DNA of 64,000 nucleotides, taken from the NCBI GenBank assembly GCA_045863395.1, contig BTVJ01000013.1, positions 77,242 to 141,241 of the forward strand, written 5' to 3'. Each line of letters begins with the position of its first letter. The first letter of the stretch is position 1. The notes beneath the pieces were generated by a model. That model worked only from the letters and a program-made list of their open reading frames with translations. It was not told where the DNA came from and did no database searches. This DNA comes from Myxococcales bacterium. GTDB lineage: Bacteria; Myxococcota_A; UBA9042; JABWCM01; BTVJ01. The translations under genes were made by a program, and so were the position numbers. Positions 57,410 through 64,000 of this stretch are shown piece by piece.

Positions 57410-58674
57410 AGGGCCTGCTCGGGGCGCTCGGGTCCGGAGCGCTCCTCGCCATGGAGCCGGCGACCCTCCTCGTCGGGGAGCCGGGCCCGCCAGGCGAGCC
57501 CCCTGACACCTCCGCCCTCGTGACGGTGGCTGCGCTCCAGGCGCTCCTCGACGAGGTCGATGCCCTGGTCACCACGGACGAGGCCGCGGAGACCTTCGTG
57601 CTGCCGAGCCAGCTCCCGGATCTCTCGGACAAGGTCCTCCTGGCCGAGCTCGACCTGTCGGGCTACCTGACGGTGGAGGCGCTGGCCGAGGGCTACGTCC
57701 CCGCGGGGCAGGTGCCGGACCTGGCGCTGTGGCTCTCGGCGACGGAGGCGGCGTCCCTCTACCTCCCGAAGTCCGCGTTCCCCTCCGCCGATGACCTGGT
57801 GACCGCGGCCGACCTGCCAGACACGAGCCTCTACCCGACGGCGGCCGAGCTCGCGGCGACCACGTTCACGAAGGACCAGCTCGCCGAGAAGTTCGTGACC
57901 AAGGCGGACGCGCTGGCCTTCGTGCCCCTGGGCGAGCTGCCGGACGGCGTGAAGGCCGAGGTCCAGGCGCTGATCGCGGCGCGCATCGCGGCCCTGAAGT
58001 GCCCACCGAACATGCTCCACGTGGCGGACTTCTGCATCGACCTCGTGGAGGCCTCCGTCTGGACGACGCCATGCGGCCAGGGCGGAGCCCAGCTCGGCGT
58101 CACGGAGGACGACTACGGCGCCGGCTTCCCCGACGCAGGCAGCTTCACGGATCCGCGGTACGCATGCCCGGTGGTGGGGGTGAAGCCCTCCCGCTTCATC
58201 ACCTGGTTTCAGGCGCAGCAGGCCTGCGCCCTCTCGGGCAAGCGCCTGTGCACGGACGCGGAGTGGCAGCTCGCCGCCCTGGGCACCCCCGACGGGGCCT
58301 GCGCGACGGGGGGAACCGACGTGGTCCCCACGGCATCGAAGGGGGGGTGCAAGAGCGACCTGGGCGCCCGAGACATGGTGGGCAATGCCCGTGAGATGGT
58401 CGCCGAGCTCCGCCAGGGCGGCCCCTACTGGAAGAACAACAACGGCGACGCCACGACGGACTGGCCGGCTGGCTACGGCGACGGGCAGGACGCGGTGCGC
58501 GGCGTCAATGGCACGACCTCGGAGCCCCAGAAGGCCGGCCTCCCCTCCATGACGCTGCGGGGCGGGGCCTACGGTGACGGAGAGGGTGCGGGGGCCTTCG
58601 CCATCGCCCTCGACGCCGCCCCGACCCACGCGGACCAGCGCACCGGGTTCCGCTGCTGCAGGAGCATGCGATGA
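57406..58674 (+). CDS. Repeat-stalk protein with FGE-sulfatase/C-type-lectin-fold domain (paralogue 2)
   Basis: C-terminal part of track ORF 56452..58674. TTG 57406 forms a TTGA overlap (alternative ATG 57391). GEPGPPGEP, ITWFQAQQAC, KRLCTDAEW, DMVGNAREM, LRGGAY and GFRCC. Confidence 0.8.
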   Translation: MKGLLGALGSGALLAMEPATLLVGEPGPPGEPPDTSALVTVAALQALLDEVDALVTTDEAAETFVLPSQLPDLSDKVLLAELDLSGYLTVEALAEGYVPAGQVPDLALWLSATEAASLYLPKSAFPSADDLVTAADLPDTSLYPTAAELAATTFTKDQLAEKFVTKADALAFVPLGELPDGVKAEVQALIAARIAALKCPPNMLHVADFCIDLVEASVWTTPCGQGGAQLGVTEDDYGAGFPDAGSFTDPRYACPVVGVKPSRFITWFQAQQACALSGKRLCTDAEWQLAALGTPDGACATGGTDVVPTASKGGCKSDLGARDMVGNAREMVAELRQGGPYWKNNNGDATTDWPAGYGDGQDAVRGVNGTTSEPQKAGLPSMTLRGGAYGDGEGAGAFAIALDAAPTHADQRTGFRCCRSMR

Positions 58675-60011
58675 GCCGCAAGAGCGCAGCGCTGGCGCTG
58701 CTGCTGGCCGCGTGCGGGGACGCGTCCCCCGGGGGCGGGCAGGAGGCACTGGAGGCCCCCCTCGGGGCCCCCGTGCTCCAGGGGCCCGCAGGCCCACCGG
58801 CTGGGGAGGACGCGCTCTCGGCCTACGCAACGAAGGCAGACCTGGACGAGGCTGCGGCGGCCTACGCCTCCAAGCTGTCGTGGGGCGAGGCGGAGGGCCT
58901 GCTCACCCAGTCCGAGCTGCCGACCGCGGAGGCCCTGGATGAGCTCCTGGACGAGGCGGACCTCGCCGCCCTGGATGAGGCCATCACCATCGAGGAGGCC
59001 GACTCTCTGCTGGTCCCGTGGTCCCTCGTGCCCGATCCATCGCTGCTCATGCCAAAGGACGAGGCCGCCAAGACCTTCGTCCTGGCGGCGACTGCACCCG
59101 ACTACGATGCCTGGGCCAGGAAGTCCGACCTGGCGGTGTGGGACACGCTGCTGACCCAGGCGGAGGCGGACGCCCTCTACCCGTCGGCCGCCGCGATCAC
59201 CGACACGCACTACTCCAAGGTGGCGGCCTCGCAGACCTTCCAGGGGGCGTTCGAGCCCCTGTCGCCCGCCCTTCGTGCCCAGGTGGAGGCGGTCGTGGAC
59301 GCGGCGCTGGCACAGCCCCCCTGCGCGGACGGCATGGTCGCCGTGGGGGACGTGTGCGTCGACCGCTTCGAGGCATCCGTGTGGTCGCAGCCATCCTGTG
59401 CCGGCGTGCAGTACGGGGTCACGAGCGACGACTACCCACCGTCCTTTCCCGACTCGGGTGCGTTCTCGGGCCCCCCTGTCTTCGCGTGCAGCCTCCCCGG
59501 TGTGCGCCCCTCCGCCCACCTGACGTGGTTCCAGGCGGATCAAGCCTGCGCCGCCTCGGGAAAGCGCCTCTGCTCCCTCGCCGAGTGGCAGGCAGCCGCC
59601 GCCGGCACGCCGGACGATCCGGCGCTGTGCCGCATCGACCCGTTCGCCGGGCAGAGCGCCGTCATCGACGCGGCCACGGGCTGCGTGAGCGCGTGGGGCG
59701 CGGCCGACATGGTGGGCAACGTCGCGGAGTGGACCGCGACGCTGCGCGTGGTGGGCAAGAAGTGGGTCCAGGGCAGCGAGTCGACGCAGACCACGCCCTG
59801 GCCCTTCGCCGACGACGCGACCGCGGGGGTCAACGGCTACGGGGCCATGGACGCCCAGGATGGCAACTTCGTGAAGGGGAGCCCGGTGGCGGTGGTGCGA
59901 GGGGGCAGCTACCTGGACGGGGCGGCGGCCGGGGTGTTCGCCATGGACTGGACCCGCTCACCGGCCGACGTCGCCTCGACCCTCGGCTTCCGCTGCTGCG
60001 CCAGTCGCTGA
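58671..60011 (+). CDS. Lipoprotein with repeat stalk and FGE-sulfatase/C-type-lectin-fold domain (paralogue 3)
   Basis: ATGA overlap; lipobox LAAC; LTWFQADQAC, KRLCSLAEW, DMVGNVAEW, VRGGSY and GFRCC. Confidence 0.82.
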   Translation: MSRKSAALALLLAACGDASPGGGQEALEAPLGAPVLQGPAGPPAGEDALSAYATKADLDEAAAAYASKLSWGEAEGLLTQSELPTAEALDELLDEADLAALDEAITIEEADSLLVPWSLVPDPSLLMPKDEAAKTFVLAATAPDYDAWARKSDLAVWDTLLTQAEADALYPSAAAITDTHYSKVAASQTFQGAFEPLSPALRAQVEAVVDAALAQPPCADGMVAVGDVCVDRFEASVWSQPSCAGVQYGVTSDDYPPSFPDSGAFSGPPVFACSLPGVRPSAHLTWFQADQACAASGKRLCSLAEWQAAAAGTPDDPALCRIDPFAGQSAVIDAATGCVSAWGAADMVGNVAEWTATLRVVGKKWVQGSESTQTTPWPFADDATAGVNGYGAMDAQDGNFVKGSPVAVVRGGSYLDGAAAGVFAMDWTRSPADVASTLGFRCCASR

Positions 60012-60022
60012 TCGCGTGAACC

Positions 60023-60721
60023 CTACCGCTTCGCGATGACGAGGCGGCGGAAGGGACCCGCCCCCTCGCTGACGGTCTGGACCCGGGGGTCAGGGGACAG
60101 GGCGGCGTGGACCAGGCGCCTGTCGGCGGACGACATGGGGTGGATTCGGACGACCTTGCCCAGCCCAACGGCCTTGTTGGCCAGCTCCGCACCCACGCTC
60201 GCCATCACACGCTCTCGCTCGTCCTTGAGCCCTGCGATGTTCAAAACGACGCGAACAGGCTCCTCGGCGCGGTGGCTGAGCACGCGGCGAAGCAGATACT
60301 GGATGGCAGGGAGGGCCGGCTCCTCCCCGGTGGTGAGCACCGCGTGGTCGGCCGTATCGACGAGGAGCTCGACGGTCCCGTCCTGGTAGATGCCTCCGAC
60401 GCTCGCCTCGACGCCCATGCGCTGCAGGATGCCGCCCAACAGCTTCTCGCCCAAGCGCATGGCGTCCGTCCCTCCGAGGGGAGCCCCTTGATCGGGTCGG
60501 TCGGGTCGGTCGCCTCGCTCGCTCGCCGCACGCCGCCGGGGCCCGCCGAAGTCCTCGGGCGGGTGCGCCTCGAACACGCGGATACGCACCCGTCCGCGCT
60601 TCGCGAGGGCTGGGTCCTCGATCACCTCGTACCTCAGCCCCTTCGGCTCCACGAGGAGCTTGATGCACGCTGCGTGGACGGCGTCCCGCTCGGTCCTGGC
60701 CTCGAAGTCTGCGATGATCAT
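60023..60721 (-). CDS. jag: Jag/KhpB/EloR RNA-binding protein (Jag_N, KH-like, R3H)
   Basis: Directly downstream of yidC; R3H motif PMSSADRRLVHAAL...TVSEGAGPFRRLVI. Confidence 0.85.
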   Translation of the reverse strand: MIIADFEARTERDAVHAACIKLLVEPKGLRYEVIEDPALAKRGRVRIRVFEAHPPEDFGGPRRRAASERGDRPDRPDQGAPLGGTDAMRLGEKLLGGILQRMGVEASVGGIYQDGTVELLVDTADHAVLTTGEEPALPAIQYLLRRVLSHRAEEPVRVVLNIAGLKDERERVMASVGAELANKAVGLGKVVRIHPMSSADRRLVHAALSPDPRVQTVSEGAGPFRRLVIAKR

Positions 60722-60746
60722 GACGACTCCTGGGTGATGTGCAGGG

Positions 60747-62690
60747 TCAGTGGGCCGGCGCTTCCATCTTGCGCTTCAGCGCGTACTGCTGCGCGAGCGA
60801 CAGGATGGTGTTGACGAAGATGTACAGCACGAGGCCCGACGGCAGGAAGAGCATGAAGCCCGTGAACATGATCGGCATGATCCACATCATCATCTTGGCT
60901 TGCGCCGAGTCCATGGAGGTCGGCGTGAGCTTCTGCTGCACGAACATGGTCAGGCCGAGCACGAGGGGGAGCACGAAGTAGGGATCCGGCGCGGACAGGT
61001 CCGTCACCCACCCGAACAGCGGCGCCTGGTAGAGCTCCACAGAGTGATAGATGGTCTGGTAGAGCGCGATGTAGACGGGCATCTGCAGGAGCATGGGCAG
61101 GCAGCCCCCGAGCGGGTTGACCTTGTGGGTCTTGTAGAGCTGCAGCATCTCCTGGTTGAGCTTGGCCTTGTCGCTCCCGAACTTCTCCCGCAGCTTGTCC
61201 ATCTCTGGCCGCAGGAGCTGCATTCGCTGCATCTGTCCGAAGCTCTTCTGGGTGAGCGGCCACAGCAGCAGCTTGACGAGCACGGTGAGGATCACGATGG
61301 CGAGCGCCCAGGACGGGATGTAGTCGTGGGCGGTGCGCAGCACGTACAGCATGGGGACGGCGAGGAAGCTCAGGATGCCGAAGTCCAGCGCCTCGGTGAA
61401 GGTCTCGCCGGCCTGCTTGAGCATGTCGATGTCCTTCGGACCCACGTAGAGCCCGAAGTGGAACTGCACGCCGCCCCGTGAGCGCAGGGAGTCCCACGCG
61501 GCCTTCAGCTCCGCCTCGCGCGCCGGCTCCTTGGTGGCGGCGTCCGCGAAGGCGTCGGCGAGCTGCTTGGCATTGGCCCCCTCGCTGAGGCCCAGCTTGG
61601 CATAGAGCGCTGCACACCGCGGCAGGCCCGGGCGGTCGAGCCATGCGGGGCCGCACGGCGCCGCCGATCCGGACACGATGGTCGGCTGCGTGGCGTAGAT
61701 GCGGGCGGAGACGACGCCGATGCCCGTGGCCGACAGGGTGCACTGGGAGTTCGCCAGGTCCCGCGGCAGGGCCGCCACGGTGAAGTAGCGGGTGTCCACG
61801 CTGGCCCACCGCACCTGGCCCGGCAGCTCTATGGACTTGCCCTCCTTCAGGAGCGAGTGGAACTCCTCGCGCTCCACCTCGTCGCCGGCCATGCAGGAGG
61901 CGGCCTTCAGGTCAGGCCGTGGGGTGAACATCCCCCCCTCCTCGGCCTTGGGGTCCTGCCACCCATCTACGTGCATGACGAGCTGGGCCGTCACATCGGA
62001 CTTGCCGACGTTGTGGACGGCCAGCGCCATCTCGATGACGTAGCCCTGCGTGAACCTGTAGGTCTTCTCGATGAACACGTCGCCGGTCCAGGCCTTGGGG
62101 TCCGGCCACACCCAGGTCTGGGAGTCGTCGGTCTGCTCCACCAAGGTGAACTCGGGCCCCTGGCGCCAGGCGGCCAGCAATGTGGCGGCCTCGTCGGTGC
62201 CCTCGAGCCGCGTCCACTCGATGCGGAACGGGTAGAAGGCCGGGCTCCAGGTGCTCACCAGGTCCAGCGGGCCGGCTGCGAGCTTGTCCTCCGGGACGCC
62301 TGCGATGGGATCCCGCTGCTTCTGCTCATACTGGGGGTTCAGGAGCAGGAACCTGCCAAGGTTCGCCCCCGAGGACGAGAAGAACGCCCTGTACAGCGGA
62401 GGACGCTCGATGACGACCTCGGACGGGGTGCCCTGAGGGACCGTCACCGTGGTCGCGCCGGTGGGGACCGCTGCGGCGGCCGCGGGCTGGGGCGCAGCCA
62501 CGGGCGCGACCTCGCCGGGGAGCACCGGCGCTGGAGGTGGAGCTTCGGGTGTCGGTGATGCCCCGGCGGGGGCCGTGGTCTCGGGGGCTGCCACCTCTTC
62601 GGCGGCGACGTGCTGCCAGTTCACCACGCTCAGCCAGACGATGGCGAAGAGCGTGCTGACCACGAACACGAAGATGACGCGCTTCTCCAT
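60747..62690 (-). CDS. yidC: Membrane protein insertase YidC
   Basis: YVGPK, LDFG, WALAIVILTVLVKLLLWPL, VNPLGGCLPMLLQMP, WVTDLSAPDPY and PSGLVLY. Confidence 0.97.
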   Translation of the reverse strand: MEKRVIFVFVVSTLFAIVWLSVVNWQHVAAEEVAAPETTAPAGASPTPEAPPPAPVLPGEVAPVAAPQPAAAAAVPTGATTVTVPQGTPSEVVIERPPLYRAFFSSSGANLGRFLLLNPQYEQKQRDPIAGVPEDKLAAGPLDLVSTWSPAFYPFRIEWTRLEGTDEAATLLAAWRQGPEFTLVEQTDDSQTWVWPDPKAWTGDVFIEKTYRFTQGYVIEMALAVHNVGKSDVTAQLVMHVDGWQDPKAEEGGMFTPRPDLKAASCMAGDEVEREEFHSLLKEGKSIELPGQVRWASVDTRYFTVAALPRDLANSQCTLSATGIGVVSARIYATQPTIVSGSAAPCGPAWLDRPGLPRCAALYAKLGLSEGANAKQLADAFADAATKEPAREAELKAAWDSLRSRGGVQFHFGLYVGPKDIDMLKQAGETFTEALDFGILSFLAVPMLYVLRTAHDYIPSWALAIVILTVLVKLLLWPLTQKSFGQMQRMQLLRPEMDKLREKFGSDKAKLNQEMLQLYKTHKVNPLGGCLPMLLQMPVYIALYQTIYHSVELYQAPLFGWVTDLSAPDPYFVLPLVLGLTMFVQQKLTPTSMDSAQAKMMMWIMPIMFTGFMLFLPSGLVLYIFVNTILSLAQQYALKRKMEAPAH

Positions 62691-62726
62691 CGGCTCCTGC
62701 GCTCCCTCGAAGGGCTGTCCGGCGTG

Positions 62727-63044
62727 TCACGGGACCGGGTCGTCGCCGCCCTCGCTCCAGGGGTGGCAGCGGGCGATGCGGCGCACCGCGAGCCAGAGGC
62801 CCCGCAGCCCGTGCCGCCTCACCGCGGCGAGCCCGTATGCGGAGCACGTCGGCGTGAAGCGGCACGCCGGCGGCAGCCAGGGCGACACGACGTTGCGATA
62901 GAACAAGATGAGCAGCTCGACGGGCCACAGGAGCGCCCGCTCGATGCGGCTCGGCTCAGGGCGCCTGCGGGGACCCTCCGGCGCTCCCCCGGTCTCGTGG
63001 CGCGCCGCCTCGCTGGTGCCGGTCGGGTGGCCGTCGCAGTGCAT
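62727..63044 (-). CDS. yidD: Membrane protein insertion efficiency factor YidD
   Basis: [22 protein letters not shown]...[17 protein letters not shown]; synteny. Start uncertain. Confidence 0.92.
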   Translation of the reverse strand: MHCDGHPTGTSEAARHETGGAPEGPRRRPEPSRIERALLWPVELLILFYRNVVSPWLPPACRFTPTCSAYGLAAVRRHGLRGLWLAVRRIARCHPWSEGGDDPVP

Positions 63045-63381
63045 GGCCCAGCTCCTCAGCGACCCCCTGCATGCTCAGCGACGAGGCGTCCGCCTGCTCG
63101 CCCGCACGGGGCTGCTTGGCGATGACCACCACGTCCTTCGCCGACCGAAACCAGCCGGGGTTGGTGCGAAACGCCTCCCGAACCAAGCGCCGGATTCGAT
63201 TTCGCACCACCGCGCCCCCGACCTTCCGGCTGACGGTCACGCCCAGTCGCGGCGCCTCCGCCTCGCTCTTCAGCACGTACACGATGAAGTGCTTCGTGAA
63301 GAGTCGCCGCCCCTGCTTGAGGGCGCCGACGAACTGGTGACGCTTCAGGAGCCGCGCGCTCTTCGGGAAGGCGAACCCCAC
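62956..63381 (-). CDS. rnpA: Ribonuclease P protein component
   Basis: [35 protein letters not shown] and DVVVIAK. Confidence 0.95.
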   Translation of the reverse strand: MGFAFPKSARLLKRHQFVGALKQGRRLFTKHFIVYVLKSEAEAPRLGVTVSRKVGGAVVRNRIRRLVREAFRTNPGWFRSAKDVVVIAKQPRAGEQADASSLSMQGVAEELGHALRRPPDRHQRGGAPRDRGSAGGSPQAP

Positions 63382-63393
63382 GGTGCCCCGTGG

Positions 63394-63543
63394 CTACTTC
63401 TTCGCCGTCTGGACGCTCAGGCGCTTGCGACCCTTCTTGCGGCGGCGCTTGATGACCTCGGCGCCGTCCTTCGTGGACATGCGCACGAGGAAGCCGTGCG
63501 TCCGCTTGCGGCTGGTGTTGCTGGGCTGAAAGGTTCTCTTCAC
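63394..63543 (-). CDS. rpmH: 50S ribosomal protein L34
   Basis: GTG start; (M)[43 protein letters not shown], 49 aa. Confidence 0.97.
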   Translation of the reverse strand: MKRTFQPSNTSRKRTHGFLVRMSTKDGAEVIKRRRKKGRKRLSVQTAKK

Positions 63544-63767
63544 GGCTCTGCCCCTGTCCTCTGGAGGTGTCGCGACCGCCGGGTGCGCATGACCGCGCAC
63601 AGCCCCTGCGGGCCGCGGGGGCGTAAATAGACCACCGGAGGGGGCCCGAGTCAAGCGAAACAGGAGGTCGACCTGCATGGGACGCAGCGCGCCCATGTAT
63701 GGCACCATCCAGCGCGCCCGGCGGGGGCGCCGGGGGAACGTATGGCGCCATATACGCCCCCCTGGGA

Positions 63768-63799
63768 AATCAAAAAAACAGCATGAGATCAATGAGTTG
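63768..63799 (+). promoter_or_regulatory. Candidate IHF-binding site with upstream A-tract
   Basis: gATCAAtgagTTG (63787-63799) matches WATCAANNNNTTR except at the first base, and is preceded by aatcaaaaaaac. Confidence 0.4.
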
Positions 63800-64000
63800 C
63801 GCGACAGGCCGGGGGGTTTCAGGCGGAGGCATGGAGCCCGCCGAGAGGGCCTCGGAAGTTTTTTCCCAAGGACCAGCGGGTGATACGAGAGAGTGCCAGA
63901 TTGGGCCTTGACCCCCTCGCGGGCGCTTGCTAATCACGTACCTCGCTGCTGACGAACGGCCCCTTCGTCGGCCCGTCGCGGGTCGGCATCTCGCGGGCTG

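Noticed and set aside
55856..60011. Diversity-generating retroelement targeting the three lectin-fold genes
   Set aside because: There is no reverse transcriptase or AAY-rich template repeat in the window. The 3' ends of paralogues 1 and 3 differ at many synonymous non-adenine positions, as expected for old paralogues. A remote DGR elsewhere in the genome cannot be excluded.
62956..63044. 89-bp rnpA/yidD overlap as a frameshift or novel feature
   Set aside because: Both conserved cores are complete and do not overlap. The overlap involves only low-complexity tails, and the yidD start is uncertain.
63544..64000. Definitive oriC call
   Set aside because: No consensus DnaA boxes or clear AT-rich unwinding element were seen, and dnaA is not in the window.

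Overview
A very GC-rich, gene-dense bacterial window that looks like Myxococcota or a related lineage. This is inferred from the FHA-sigma54 activator, several Ser/Thr kinases, the PEGA/TPR and AgmX/TonB-like proteins, and many lipoproteins with acidic tethers and CDDGDPCT repeats. I call about 39 genes. The right end carries the conserved rpmH-rnpA-yidD-yidC-jag block, usually near the replication origin. I see no rRNA, tRNA, CRISPR array, integrase or transposase. The two best candidate undescribed systems are: (1) a divergent 8 kb cluster at 16538-24495 with four ATP-grasp ligases, two alpha/beta esterases and an S51 (peptidase E/cyanophycinase-like) hydrolase; (2) a translationally coupled operon at 52209-60011 with a Ser/Thr kinase, a TPR-PEGA protein and three paralogous fibre-like proteins tipped with FGE-type C-type-lectin domains. 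Other notable items: a J-domain-like insertion in YidC, a one-base frameshift in a C6 run of the sigma54 activator, repeated promoter geometry implying leaderless mRNAs and small upstream ORFs, a duplicated unassigned domain of about 480 aa in a giant lipoprotein, a tail-fibre-like glycine-rich surface protein, and a low-GC codon patch inside the S51 gene. All calls come from reading motifs by eye; no database searches were run.
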